This document shows, one piece after another, positions 50,171 through 60,683 of a stretch of 64,000 bases of DNA. Under the pieces are notes generated by a model, which did no database searches, was not told the origin of the DNA, and saw nothing but the letters and a program-made list of their open reading frames with translations. Origin of the DNA: an uncultured delta proteobacterium (lineage in GTDB: Bacteria > Desulfobacterota > Desulfobacteria > Desulfobacterales > B30-G6). The stretch lies in assembly GCA_963823335.1 (NCBI GenBank), contig CAWGLD010000005.1, positions 64,001 to 128,000 of the forward strand, written 5' to 3'. Both the position numbers and the translations under genes were made by a program. How positions within the stretch are numbered: the stretch's first letter is position 1; each line of letters opens with the position of its first letter.

Positions 50171-50956
50171 GTGAATCGTCCATCGATATCAGAATTGAGA
50201 CAATTAGTGGAGGCCTATGTAGCAGAAGAACCGGCCAGGTTGAAGCATGAGGGGTGGTGGCGAAAGCCCCTGCTGGTTTCGGCGCCCATTGACCAGCGAT
50301 TTGATGTCTTGCCGGAAATTGCCATGGACGAACATCTCCATCCACAGGATTTGCTGAAATCAGCCAGATCGGTCATCGTGTTCTTCCTTCCGTTTGTCAA
50401 AAAACTCATCAAAGAGAATCGTTCAGGTGCCAGACCCAGCAGGAACTGGGGGGTTGCCTACGTTGAAACCAACGACCTTATCAGCCGGGTAGGGGAGGCT
50501 ATCGCCAATTTTTTAAAAAGTAAAGGCCATGCATCCGGATTGACACCGGCCACGCACAACTTCGACGAGGAACGTCTCATGGCGCGCTGGTCCCACAAGC
50601 ATCTTGCCCACCTGACGGGTCTGGGGCGGTTTGGAACCCACTACATGCTGATAACACCTGCGGGTGTGTGTGGACGATTTGGCAGTCTGGTCAGCGAAGC
50701 GGACCTGGGTGACAATCCGCTTATGAAGACACCTGAAGCCTGCCTGCTCAAGTCTGGAAAAAAATGTGGCAAATGCATCCAGAGATGCCCGGTGAATGCT
50801 CTGACAGAGAATGGGTTTGATCGTCGGACATGCTGGGACCGATTGAACGAAAACCGCCATAGCCTCGATTATTTTGCAGACCTGCCCCTTAGCACCCATG
50901 TGTGCGGAAAATGTAATACCATGCTTCCGTGCAGCTTTGTCAATCCCGTGAAATAG
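50171..50956 (+). CDS. epoxyqueuosine-reductase-like 4Fe-4S protein
   Basis: SVIVF.LP, WSHKH.A...GLG.FG, R.GS, CGKCI.RCP, CGKC...PC. Confidence 0.8.
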   Translation: MNRPSISELRQLVEAYVAEEPARLKHEGWWRKPLLVSAPIDQRFDVLPEIAMDEHLHPQDLLKSARSVIVFFLPFVKKLIKENRSGARPSRNWGVAYVETNDLISRVGEAIANFLKSKGHASGLTPATHNFDEERLMARWSHKHLAHLTGLGRFGTHYMLITPAGVCGRFGSLVSEADLGDNPLMKTPEACLLKSGKKCGKCIQRCPVNALTENGFDRRTCWDRLNENRHSLDYFADLPLSTHVCGKCNTMLPCSFVNPVK

Positions 50957-51126
50957 GTGTTGCTGGAATCGCAACAGCGAGTGCATTCCCCATGGATAGT
51001 CGAAGATCTAGATTTGTCGAGGCTGCATGGCCTCTTTTGTTTTACCGCTCTGACGTAATTCGACGGCCTTCTCATAGAGACTCCAGGCACTCAATCACCC
51101 TGTGTCTCATACTGTTTTCCTGCCTT

Positions 51127-52470
51127 TTACTTGCCGCCACCTTGCACTTTTATATATTCTCCGGGGGCAAGACCGGATACAACTTCGATGTGAATGCCAT
51201 CTGACAAACCGGTTTCTATTTTTCGCCTTTCAAATTGCCGGGGACCTGTCTGCACTTCCACCAAGACGTCATTTTCCTTAAAAAGTATATTGCCCTCGTC
51301 AATTGCCATGACATTTTCGCGTTTTTCCAGCACGATATCAGCGGTGGCGGAGTATCCGGATCGGATAAAGTAGGTGGCTTCCAGAACAACTTTGGCGCGC
51401 AATCCAAATTGAATGGTGCCGCTGATTTCCTTTCCCTTGGGTGCGATATGCTCGATCCTGGCCCCAAAAGACCTGTTTTCAATGGCACCGATAGTGAGAA
51501 CAAGAGGCATGTCCAGGCGAAGTTTGCCGACTTCGGCTTCATCGACATTCCCCTCAAATATCATGTCCGTCATGTCCGCAACAACAGCAATTGTCGTGCC
51601 CGATGACTGGGTGCTGGTTTCCACCACAAGACTGCCTTCCTTGATCGGAACTTCAAGGACCGCTCCATCGATGGTGGCGCGGATCAAGGTATTGCTTTTA
51701 TCTTTTGTGCTTGGTGTAACACCTTCCTGGATCAACTGTAGATTGTTTTGCGCAGCCGCTAATTCTTCCATAGCCTGTTTACGCTCTATTTCGGCTTTCT
51801 GGTATTCTTCTTCCGTTGCATCAAAGGTTTCTGTACGAACCATCGTATAAAACGTCTCTGCTTTGTCATACTCTTCACGAGCTTTGGAGAGCTGCAGGCG
51901 TGTATTCTGAAACGAGGATTCCGGGATAATCTTTTTGTCCATGAGTTCTTTTTCCCGATCATAGGTGTTCTGGGCATCCTGCAGACTCAGTTTCGCCTGG
52001 TTGAGATCCTTCTCGGCCAGGTGCAGCTTGATCAGGTTCGGTGATTGTTTCTGCGTTAACAGGCTACCTCCTTTTATGGACGCTTCGTACCGGCGCTTGA
52101 CGCGCTCGAAGGTCTTGTTCGTGTCTTCCAATGCAATATATGCTTTTTTTACCCGGGTCTCGGCTTCATTGACGCGGAGCAGGTTGGGTATAAGGAAAAG
52201 CCTTGCCAGTACCTGGTCTTTTTTTACGGAATCACCGGCTTCCACCATGATTTCATCGACAATTCCTGAAAGCTGGGCCTTTATCTCGACCTCCCGGCGG
52301 GCAACGATGCTTCCCGTGACCACGGTTTTCTTAACGATATCCATCATCACAGGCGAAACTGTTTTTACAGGAGCGGTTTTGGGTCTGGACTTGACATATA
52401 GAAAAACCAATGTTCCAGTAAACAAGAGCAAAAACAGTATGAACAGGAGTATACGGAATAATTTTTTCAT
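51127..52470 (-). CDS. efflux periplasmic adaptor (MacA-like)
   Basis: N-terminal TM, lipoyl half-motifs (GIV.EI.V..GD.V; GAV....KEG), VDE..VG, TGLSDG..IEV.SGL; start 52470 or 52497. Confidence 0.9.
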   Translation of the reverse strand: MKKLFRILLFILFLLLFTGTLVFLYVKSRPKTAPVKTVSPVMMDIVKKTVVTGSIVARREVEIKAQLSGIVDEIMVEAGDSVKKDQVLARLFLIPNLLRVNEAETRVKKAYIALEDTNKTFERVKRRYEASIKGGSLLTQKQSPNLIKLHLAEKDLNQAKLSLQDAQNTYDREKELMDKKIIPESSFQNTRLQLSKAREEYDKAETFYTMVRTETFDATEEEYQKAEIERKQAMEELAAAQNNLQLIQEGVTPSTKDKSNTLIRATIDGAVLEVPIKEGSLVVETSTQSSGTTIAVVADMTDMIFEGNVDEAEVGKLRLDMPLVLTIGAIENRSFGARIEHIAPKGKEISGTIQFGLRAKVVLEATYFIRSGYSATADIVLEKRENVMAIDEGNILFKENDVLVEVQTGPRQFERRKIETGLSDGIHIEVVSGLAPGEYIKVQGGGK

Positions 52471-52636
52471 AAGACCATCTTTCTTTAAAAAAAGCATTTT
52501 ATCCCGCCGGACTATAGGCGGGCAAGTCTTTTGTTTCCGAAGGACAACATCGCTTTTATTCTATCATTTAAAACCTGGTTCTTTGGGCCAGGTCAGATAG
52601 GGTTGAATCAGTGCCGGGCCCTTTGGATCCGGGTAT

Positions 52637-53911
52637 CTACTGTTCGTATCGTAATGCCTCTATGGGTCTACCTTGTACAGCCTGGTATGCCGGTATCAGG
52701 CCTGCCAGTGTCCCGGCGATGGTCAGGACGGCAAGAGCCAGCAGGGCGGCCGTAAAATCGATGCTGGGATCTTGAAACATCTGGGCATCTACTTTCAGAA
52801 GATGGATCAGGTAGCCAACACCCTCCAACACCGCGACACCGCAAACAAGGGACAAATACCCCGGAATGGAGGTGAGCAGCAGTGCTTCCACCAACACCTG
52901 GCTGATTACCGAGAAGGGTGTGGCGCCTACGGTGCGCTTGATCCCGATTTCCCGGGTTCGCTCTTTGACGGCGATCAACATAATATTGGAAACACCGATA
53001 ATCCCTGCAATCAGCGTAAAGATACCAACAAACCAGACAATAAACCTGATACCCACAAAAAGATCGGCAATTTTCTGGAATTCGATCTCCATATTCCAGG
53101 ATCCAAACGCGCGCTCGTCCTCCGGTGCGACGGCATGTCTGGCGGCCAGGACCCGGATGACCTCGTCCCGCACATCAGAGACTCTGACCTGGGGCTGGGA
53201 TGTAATGGAAAACCACCCGACCGTCTTGCCCCAGTTGAATACCTGCTGAAAGGTCGACAAGGGCAGGAAAACAGCCTTGGCTTCCTCTTCATAGTCCTCG
53301 TCATCCTTGCTTGGCAATCGATAAACGCCGACGACTTGAAAAGTGATGTTGTTGATGCTGATGGTCGCTCCGATGGGGGACGCATCCTTTTCAAAAAGCA
53401 GTTTGACCGTTTCTTCTCCTATGACGGCCACTTTTCGACGTTCGGCCAAATCCAGGGGATTCAGAAAGCGACCGGAAATCATCTGAAGCAAACGGATGTC
53501 CTGTACTTCCGGATGATCCCCATAGATGGTCAGGCTTGCGGTCCGATCATTGTGGGTAACATTGTTGTCGCCATCTTGCCCACGTTTGCGACCCCGGGGC
53601 GCAATGGAGGAAATACCCGGGACCATCTGCCGGATGATCTCGGTGTCTTCATTTGTAAACTTGAAGCGTCTGCCGATGGGAAAACCCTTGTAGGGTCTGG
53701 TTGTAAGTTGCGGCCAGATGAAGACACTGTTGGTGGCATAACCGCTGAATTCGGAATAGGCGCCTTTTTGAAGGCCGTGACCGGTACCGATCATGATGAC
53801 CAGCATAAAGAGACCCCAGAAAACACCAAATGCCGTCAACAGCGACCGGAGACGGTTTTGTCGAATCGTGTGCAGAATTTCCTGCCAGATGTCCAATTCA
53901 AAGCGGATCAT
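52637..53911 (-). CDS. ABC transporter permease (MacB/FtsX-like)
   Basis: RS.LT.FG..WG, GR.L...D, GVSNIML..VKERTREIGI, IPA..A....PIEALR. Confidence 0.92.
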   Translation of the reverse strand: MIRFELDIWQEILHTIRQNRLRSLLTAFGVFWGLFMLVIMIGTGHGLQKGAYSEFSGYATNSVFIWPQLTTRPYKGFPIGRRFKFTNEDTEIIRQMVPGISSIAPRGRKRGQDGDNNVTHNDRTASLTIYGDHPEVQDIRLLQMISGRFLNPLDLAERRKVAVIGEETVKLLFEKDASPIGATISINNITFQVVGVYRLPSKDDEDYEEEAKAVFLPLSTFQQVFNWGKTVGWFSITSQPQVRVSDVRDEVIRVLAARHAVAPEDERAFGSWNMEIEFQKIADLFVGIRFIVWFVGIFTLIAGIIGVSNIMLIAVKERTREIGIKRTVGATPFSVISQVLVEALLLTSIPGYLSLVCGVAVLEGVGYLIHLLKVDAQMFQDPSIDFTAALLALAVLTIAGTLAGLIPAYQAVQGRPIEALRYEQ

Positions 53912-53925
53912 TTATTTTCATTCAA

Positions 53926-53958
53926 AATTCGATGTTGGACGTTGGATGTTGGGTGTTC
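53926..53958. repeat. 7-nt tandem repeat (GAYGTTG-like) in the spacer between the permease genes
   Basis: GATGTTG GACGTTG GATGTTG GGTGTTC. Confidence 0.6.
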
Positions 53959-53989
53959 ATTTTTTTCGTACTTTTTTCCAATTTCAATC

Positions 53990-55234
53990 TTATTCATCAT
54001 GCAGCGCCTCCACGGGCCGTATTCCCGCAGCCCGCCGGGCCGGGAAAAGACCCGCCAGGGTACCGGACAGCACCAGTAAAAATACAGCGCCAAAGGCGGT
54101 TGTCAGATTCACTTCGGGATTTTTAAAGTAGGCTACGCCCTGAATTGTGTGAGCCATGATCTCCAGGGCAGCAATACCGGCTACCAGACCGAGATAGCCA
54201 AAGAAAAAAGTGATCAAAATCGCTTCTGTTAAAATCAGATCGATGATGGATCCTGGCGATGCACCGATGGCTTTGCGAATACCGATTTCCCGGGTCCGTT
54301 CCTTGACTGTGATCAACATGATATTGCTGACACCGACAATACCGGCCACGATGGATCCGATGCCGATGATCCATATAAATATACGTATGTTGGCAAAAAG
54401 GCGCATGTATTTTTGAAAGGACACCAGCGTATTGTGCATGAACACGGTCCGACGGTCCTCCACATTGAAGCGGTGGCGCTGAGCCAATCGTTGTCTGATG
54501 TCATGTTCAACCGCCTGGGGAGACCGCACTATCTTGGTGTCAATGGTCATGGCAAGACTGTGAACCCTATCACTCCGGGTGAACAGTTGCTGCATGGTGC
54601 TGATAGGGATATAGACACGGTCCAGACCCCATTCATCGCCTTCATCCGTGAAAACGCCCACGATTTGAAAAGCGATGTTTTTAATTTGCACATACTGCCC
54701 CACGGCAGAACCGGAGGGGAAGATCTCTTGCTTGGTTTTGGGCCCAATAATTGCTACCTTGCGTTGAAGTACCTGATCTGATGCATTCAGCAGACGGCCA
54801 GTACCGGCTTTGAGCATTTCCAGAGCGGAATACTCAGGATGTATTCCCACAACCGGGAATTTTCCTGCCAGGGATCTGTAACGAACCGTCGTGTCACGTC
54901 CCAGGAAATTTCGCGCGGCTATGTATTCCCGTCCTTTGATGGACTGTTTCAGGTCTTCATAATCATCGTTTTTAAATCGTATGCGCCGACCTTGCTTTAA
55001 CCCCTGGTATGGCATAGACGTCTGGCCGCCTCTGATCCACACGCTGTTGACGGCATCTTCGGAAAATGCCTTGCGAACACCGTTTTCAAGGCCGTACCCC
55101 GATCCCAGAAGAATAATGAGCATGAAAATTCCCCATGAAACGGCAAAACCGGTCAGAATCGTCCGCAGCTTGTTTTTTGCAAGGTTGTGGAAAATTTCTT
55201 GCAGTTTGTCTTGAAATGAACCCGGGGAGAACAT
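53990..55234 (-). CDS. ABC transporter permease (MacB/FtsX-like), paralog of 52637-53911
   Basis: NKLRT.LT, VGVSNIML..VKERTREIGIRKA.GA, PARRAA..PVEAL. Confidence 0.92.
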   Translation of the reverse strand: MFSPGSFQDKLQEIFHNLAKNKLRTILTGFAVSWGIFMLIILLGSGYGLENGVRKAFSEDAVNSVWIRGGQTSMPYQGLKQGRRIRFKNDDYEDLKQSIKGREYIAARNFLGRDTTVRYRSLAGKFPVVGIHPEYSALEMLKAGTGRLLNASDQVLQRKVAIIGPKTKQEIFPSGSAVGQYVQIKNIAFQIVGVFTDEGDEWGLDRVYIPISTMQQLFTRSDRVHSLAMTIDTKIVRSPQAVEHDIRQRLAQRHRFNVEDRRTVFMHNTLVSFQKYMRLFANIRIFIWIIGIGSIVAGIVGVSNIMLITVKERTREIGIRKAIGASPGSIIDLILTEAILITFFFGYLGLVAGIAALEIMAHTIQGVAYFKNPEVNLTTAFGAVFLLVLSGTLAGLFPARRAAGIRPVEALHDE

Positions 55235-55271
55235 GTGGTGCTTCCTTATAAAACTGTCAACTATTTATAAA

Positions 55272-55931
55272 TTAATCGATGACGCCGTCCCTGATGTTTA
55301 CGATGCGATCCGTCGCAGCAGCGATGTCCTTTTCATGGGTGATGACCACAATGGTTGTACCCTGGGTATTGACTTGTTTAAAGACCTCCATCACTTCCTG
55401 AGATGTATGGCTGTCCAATGCGCCTGTGGGTTCATCCGCCAGCAGAATCAAGGGGTTGGCGATCATGGCGCGGGCGATGGCTGTGCGTTGCTTCTGCCCT
55501 CCGGAAAGTTCGGCCGGCAGATGATTGGCCCAGTCTGCAATACCGAATTTATCCAAAAAATCCATTGCAATTTGATTGCGCCTTTTTCGGTTTACGTTGC
55601 GGTAGTAAAGGGGCAGTGCCACGTTCTCGAGAGCTGTTTTGAATGGTATCAGATGGAAAGACTGGAACACAAAACCAATGTTCTGGTTGCGGAACCGGGC
55701 GGCACGGGTTTCATTCATGTTTTCCAAGAGCTTGCCATTGAAACGATAGTGCCCGGCATCGTAAGAATCCAAGAGTCCTATGATATTTAAAAGGGTCGAT
55801 TTTCCAGACCCGGATGATCCCATGACCGCAACCATTTCGCCCCTGCCAATGGTAAGGTTGATGCCTTTGAGCACATGCAGCTGACTGGCGCCGGTTTTAT
55901 AGGATTTATGGATGCCTGTGAGTGCAATCAT
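55272..55931 (-). CDS. ABC transporter ATP-binding protein (LolD/MacB-like)
   Basis: GSSGSGKST, LSGGQ.QR, LADEPTGALD, ITH. Confidence 0.95.
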   Translation of the reverse strand: MIALTGIHKSYKTGASQLHVLKGINLTIGRGEMVAVMGSSGSGKSTLLNIIGLLDSYDAGHYRFNGKLLENMNETRAARFRNQNIGFVFQSFHLIPFKTALENVALPLYYRNVNRKRRNQIAMDFLDKFGIADWANHLPAELSGGQKQRTAIARAMIANPLILLADEPTGALDSHTSQEVMEVFKQVNTQGTTIVVITHEKDIAAATDRIVNIRDGVID

Positions 55932-56005
55932 ACTTATATTTCAGTTTGATACGGATTCTATGAACCGTAACATCGAGCGCATTTCCCGTAACTTGCTGCG
56001 AGATT

Positions 56006-56875
56006 TTAAAATGCAGTGACAATTATACCAGCGATAGCTGTAATGATTCCAAGTCCCTGAAGTTTCGTGATTTTGTCTTTCAAAAAAATAATAGCCAGTG
56101 TTATGGTCACTATCGATAAAGCAGAAGCTATAGGCGTAATCAATATTGCATCTCCGATCGTTAATCCGTAATTGACGATGGCTACTGCACCAGCTTCAAT
56201 AATACCCATTATTGCAACCATACATTTTGTTTTAGGGCTAGCTTTCGTTATGTCAAGTTCTCTTTTTATGAGAAAGGAGAAGAGCAGCAAAAACAAAATA
56301 ATCCCAAACTTCACAAGCAGGGTCGTTAACAGCCACCCGATTTCTTCAGATATAATTTCGCTAACGTTCCAAAAGACCCCAAAGAAAAAAGCCCCGAAAA
56401 CTGTCTCTTTGACACCCGATGAAAGTTGAAATCTTTGCTTTCTAATATCGCGCCAGTTTAGAGCTGCCAAAGTGACGCCGGAAACAATCATCAAGACGCC
56501 TAGCGACTGTATTGTGGAAAGCCGCTGGCCCATAAAGATAAAAGCAAACAGCATTGTAAATACAGCCCATAGATTCATGGTTGCGGCAACAATCGACACA
56601 TTGCCCATCTCAAAACCTTTGAAAAAAAACAAGTATCCAGCAGAATAAATAATTGCCGCGATTGGGATCAAAATGATTGCCAGAATTGGGATGTTGAAGC
56701 TTATTGTAAAAACGAATATAAGTAGAAGGATAGATATTAAACCAGCCAGTTGTGACCAAAAAATAGACTTAAAAGGTCCTATCTGTTTGGCATAAACACC
56801 CCCTAGAAAGTCGTATATCCCCCATCCAAACATACCTCCTATTCCAATTAATATGCTTAATATGGCTGTACTCAT
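56006..56875 (-). CDS. DMT/EamA family transporter
   Basis: About 10 TM in two repeats; G.VSIV, P.....L.....LKD; AT-rich. Confidence 0.85.
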   Translation of the reverse strand: MSTAILSILIGIGGMFGWGIYDFLGGVYAKQIGPFKSIFWSQLAGLISILLLIFVFTISFNIPILAIILIPIAAIIYSAGYLFFFKGFEMGNVSIVAATMNLWAVFTMLFAFIFMGQRLSTIQSLGVLMIVSGVTLAALNWRDIRKQRFQLSSGVKETVFGAFFFGVFWNVSEIISEEIGWLLTTLLVKFGIILFLLLFSFLIKRELDITKASPKTKCMVAIMGIIEAGAVAIVNYGLTIGDAILITPIASALSIVTITLAIIFLKDKITKLQGLGIITAIAGIIVTAF

Positions 56876-57004
56876 GCGTGACTCAAACCTTCTTATGGTA
56901 ATTTTGTAGGCATGTCTATTTGGATTTAGCAGAACCTATATTGTGGTTTGCAATTACAACTCTCGGTAGTGTCATTTTATTTGGTCAAGATGCGTGCTTC
57001 CTGA

Positions 57005-57916
57005 TCAGATGGCCACCGGAAACAAACGCCGATACAGCCGCAAGACCGTCCGGGGTCTGGTCAGGATAACCAGGTTGCCCATCAGTACCAGAACGATTCC
57101 GGAAACACCGTTCATCCCCCAACGATACCCTTCGAAAACTGTTGACAAAAGCAGGGCAAGTACTGGCACCAGCAGCATGACATAAGCAGCGTAGTCGGCG
57201 CCGATGCGGCCTATGAGCAGCATATAGCAACCAAAGGCCAGGATGGAACCGAATAGGGTCAGGTAGAGCATGGGTCCCAGGTAACCGGGGGACCAGTCCA
57301 TGATCAGTTCGCCGCCGAAACCAAAGTGGATGCAAAGGGTCAGCAGCCCCCCATAGGCCATACCATAGGTGTTGGCCTGGGTCACGGGAATGCCGGCCCT
57401 CGCATTTCTGGAGCCCACAACATTTCCGATGGACGCCAGATATGCCCCGATAAGGGCCAGGACCAGCCCGATCAGTCCACTGGTGGCGCTGAAGATAACC
57501 AGGTCATGCCAGAACAGTACGCAAATCCCGCTTAAACCGATCATGCTGCCTGAAAAGGCCTGCAAATCGATTGGTTGGGACATAAACAGTTTGAGGTTTA
57601 AAATATTCCATATCATGATGGTTGAAAACACCACTGCGACCAGTCCACTGGTGAGGTATACGGTGGATAGATAACTCATACAGTAGCCCAGACCGAACAC
57701 GGTAAACCCCTGGATGGCCATGAAGAGATGGTTTTTGCGGGAGAATACCAGCTTCTTGTGCCTGATCAGACAGAACATGAGCAGAATCAGAGCTGCCAGG
57801 CAGAAACGGTATCCCACGGATAGAATTGGCGGTACCTGGGTCAGTTGCAGTTTAATCACTAACCAGGTGGATCCCCAGATCAGTGTGGCTGAGATGTACA
57901 GCAGGACATTGACCAT
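57005..57916 (-). CDS. DMT/EamA family transporter
   Basis: IWGSTW, YRF.LA, YL.LFGS..AF..Y..L...IG. Confidence 0.9.
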   Translation of the reverse strand: MVNVLLYISATLIWGSTWLVIKLQLTQVPPILSVGYRFCLAALILLMFCLIRHKKLVFSRKNHLFMAIQGFTVFGLGYCMSYLSTVYLTSGLVAVVFSTIMIWNILNLKLFMSQPIDLQAFSGSMIGLSGICVLFWHDLVIFSATSGLIGLVLALIGAYLASIGNVVGSRNARAGIPVTQANTYGMAYGGLLTLCIHFGFGGELIMDWSPGYLGPMLYLTLFGSILAFGCYMLLIGRIGADYAAYVMLLVPVLALLLSTVFEGYRWGMNGVSGIVLVLMGNLVILTRPRTVLRLYRRLFPVAI

Positions 57917-57919
57917 GAC

Positions 57920-59257
57920 TTATTCCCCGGAGAGGACCGCGATTTCAGCTCTGCCTTTTTCTTCATCCACAAAGTAGAAGAGAACAGCTCCGGTAATAAA
58001 GAGCAGCAGAATGGAACCAATGCCCCAACGCGAGGCGATCTGTCCGACTGTATCAATTTGTTCTGGCGTGGGGGTGGGTGGCATCAGACGTTGCCTGACG
58101 AGAAGGCCGATGATGCCCATGAGCATGGGGCCGAGGATAGCGGCAAATTTGCCGAGCATGTTGTAAAACCCATAGAATTCTGCGGCCATATTTTTGGGGA
58201 TGAGTCTGGAATAGTAGGAGCGACTGAGGGCCTGGATTCCGCCCTGAACCAGGCCGATGACAATGGCCAGGATGTAAAACTCGTATTTATCGCTCATCAT
58301 GGTCCCCCAGATGGTAATGCAGATGTAAATACCGATGGCCAGATATATGGACTTCCGGACACCCCACTTCTGACCGAGTCTGCCAAACAGAAGCGCAGCG
58401 GGAAATCCGACAAACTGGGTAATGAGAAGCGCTTTAATCAGATCATTCGGTTCAAAACCGATGGACATCCCATAATCGACGGCCATTTTGATAATTGTGT
58501 CCACACCATCGATATAAAACCAGTAGGCTGCCAGAAAGGTCAGAACTGTTTTTAAATGGCGGATTTTTTTTAGCGTACTGAAGAACTGGCGGAAACCGTC
58601 AGCGATGACATCCAGGGTCTTTTTCGGCTGAACCGATGAGCGGTCTTCAGGCACCCACAGGATGGTAAAAATCGTAAAAAAGCCCCACCAGACGGCTACA
58701 AGAACAAAGGAAACCCTGACGGCCATGCCGGCATCCGGGAGACCGAATTTGTCAGGCATGAGGGTCATCAGTACATTCACCAGAAACAGGATACCCCCAC
58801 CGAGATATCCCATGGAGAACCCAAAGGCCGACACAAAATCAATATTTTTCTTGTGGGTGATGCCGGGCAGCAAGGAATCATAGAAGATATTGGCCCCGGC
58901 AAAACCGATGGAACCCATGGCATAAACAAAAATGGCCCAGGCCCATTCTCCTTTCTGCACCACAAAGAGGGCAGCCGTCATGAGGACACCCAGGTAGGCA
59001 AAAAAGATCAAAAGCTTCTTTTTTGCGCCCCCTTTGTCGGCAATGGCGCCCAGAACCGGCGCCATGAGGGCTACCAGCAGGCTGGCCAGCGCATTCCCAA
59101 TACCCAGCTGGGCTGTGCTCATGTTGACATCCACACCGTGACTCCAGTACTGCTTGAAAAATATAGGAAAAAAACCGGCCATGACCGTCGTTGCAAATGC
59201 CGAGTTTCCCCAGTCGTAAAGGGCCCAGCCCAGAATGGCTTTTTTTTCCTTGTCCAT
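57920..59257 (-). CDS. MFS transporter (Atg22/UMF1-like)
   Basis: WALYDW.NSAF, APVLGAIAD, FYD.LL, G.Q.LSRS...LIP, EF.GFY...GK. Confidence 0.9.
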   Translation of the reverse strand: MDKEKKAILGWALYDWGNSAFATTVMAGFFPIFFKQYWSHGVDVNMSTAQLGIGNALASLLVALMAPVLGAIADKGGAKKKLLIFFAYLGVLMTAALFVVQKGEWAWAIFVYAMGSIGFAGANIFYDSLLPGITHKKNIDFVSAFGFSMGYLGGGILFLVNVLMTLMPDKFGLPDAGMAVRVSFVLVAVWWGFFTIFTILWVPEDRSSVQPKKTLDVIADGFRQFFSTLKKIRHLKTVLTFLAAYWFYIDGVDTIIKMAVDYGMSIGFEPNDLIKALLITQFVGFPAALLFGRLGQKWGVRKSIYLAIGIYICITIWGTMMSDKYEFYILAIVIGLVQGGIQALSRSYYSRLIPKNMAAEFYGFYNMLGKFAAILGPMLMGIIGLLVRQRLMPPTPTPEQIDTVGQIASRWGIGSILLLFITGAVLFYFVDEEKGRAEIAVLSGE

Positions 59258-59384
59258 GTTCCCTCCCTACATGCTTTGGTATGATTTCTTGAAACCGGGT
59301 ATCAGTTTTTTTAAATTGGTGTTATGAAATCCGTATCGCTCTCTGTTCAATCTTTATCTGCACCGAGTGCTTTGATCTGATACG

Positions 59385-59455
59385 TGAACCGCAACAGCGA
59401 TCGCATTCCCGTAGGTTCTGCCATTCGGCAGTGCTTCGCATGCTGCGGGGTTCTT
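59385..59455. repeat. REP-like palindromic element (one of about 5 copies)
   Basis: TGAACCGCAACAGCGATCGCATTCCCGTAGG...TGCTGCGGGGTTCTT, similar to 61867-61938, 55961-56005, 48245-48288 and 50966-50991. Confidence 0.75.
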
Positions 59456-59525
59456 AAAAAAGTGCCAAAATCGCATCAAATATAATTGTTTCACAATTTT
59501 ATTTGGGTTATAGCTTCTTTGAGAA

Positions 59526-60539
59526 ATGATGTCAAAAAAAGTCTTACAGGTTGTCTGTATCTTTTTCTGGCTGTGGATGCCGATCCAATGGCTCGAGGTG
59601 GTTCATTGTGCAGAATTAGGGCCCCTGCGTGCACAGCAACGTTATCCGCTGTATCTCATGTTTCTGACACCCGCACCCGATTCACCTGGGCTGATTGACA
59701 AAAAACGCTTTGTGACGTCCCTGTCTGTCGATTACACGAGTATCTATATCGATGAAACGAGCGAAGAATGGTCCGCGTTGATGGATATGGAAATGACGGT
59801 GGTTGAACTTTCCCTTACGTACGGCATCACCAATCGTGTGAATATATCTCTGGCTCTGCCGTGGATCAACCAGAATGGCGGATTCCTGGACAGCCCCCTG
59901 GAAACCTACCATGATTTTTTTGGGTTTCCCAATTACGGCAGGGAGAATGGCCCGACCGATGAATTCGGCTACCATATCGCGGTCAATGACGACACCTGGT
60001 TTGATGCCCGGTCGGGCGGCCTGCACCTGGGAGAAAGTGTGGTATCTCTCAAGATTCAGCTGGTTAACGCCGGACGCTATCGGGGACTTAGCAGCAGTCT
60101 GTTGATGGCCCTCAAGATACCCACGGGTGACGAGAATCATGGTTTTGGGAGTGGCCGATTTGACCAGGCTCTGGTTTTCCTGAACCAGTATCGGGTTTCT
60201 TCTTTCACGCTGTATCTGAACCCGGGGATCGTATTGCTTTCGGATCCGGAAACACAAGGCGCCGATATCCATGTAAGGGATATGATGACTCTCTTGGCGG
60301 GCGTTGAATACAACCTAAGCGATAACTTGTCCTTGATGGGCCAGCTCAATTTTGTCACATCCCCGTTCCACCATACCGGAATCGAGCAGATGGATCAGGA
60401 CAGCCTGGAACTTGCGCTGGGGTTTGCCGTGTCGATGCCCCATGATGTGATATTTGAATTCGCTTTCAGCGAAGACCTGACACGCACGGCTCCTGATTTT
60501 ACGGTACACGGGGCACTGCGGTATGAATTTGGTCCTTGA
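59526..60539 (+). CDS. DUF3187-like outer-membrane protein
   Basis: Signal peptide, D.E....L...YG, GG.LD.....H.FFG.P, K.PTGD.....GSG..D, EDL....PDF. Confidence 0.7.
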   Translation: MMSKKVLQVVCIFFWLWMPIQWLEVVHCAELGPLRAQQRYPLYLMFLTPAPDSPGLIDKKRFVTSLSVDYTSIYIDETSEEWSALMDMEMTVVELSLTYGITNRVNISLALPWINQNGGFLDSPLETYHDFFGFPNYGRENGPTDEFGYHIAVNDDTWFDARSGGLHLGESVVSLKIQLVNAGRYRGLSSSLLMALKIPTGDENHGFGSGRFDQALVFLNQYRVSSFTLYLNPGIVLLSDPETQGADIHVRDMMTLLAGVEYNLSDNLSLMGQLNFVTSPFHHTGIEQMDQDSLELALGFAVSMPHDVIFEFAFSEDLTRTAPDFTVHGALRYEFGP

Positions 60540-60683
60540 CTGTAAAATTAGTGTATTTCGTGATAAAAGAGCTTTTTCTTTTCCGGTTTATCCGGGTTGG
60601 GTGATTAAACAGCAGACCGATAGACATATAGCAGCTGATCGTCTGTACCCGAATTTGAGCGACACAAAAAGGCAGTCGACATT

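Noticed and set aside
50171-50956. Reductive dehalogenase
   Set aside because: Too short, no Tat signal and no rdhB anchor gene; QueG-like fits better
52673-54079. 468-aa plus-strand ORF
   Set aside because: Antisense shadow of the well-supported ABC permease; no recognisable motifs
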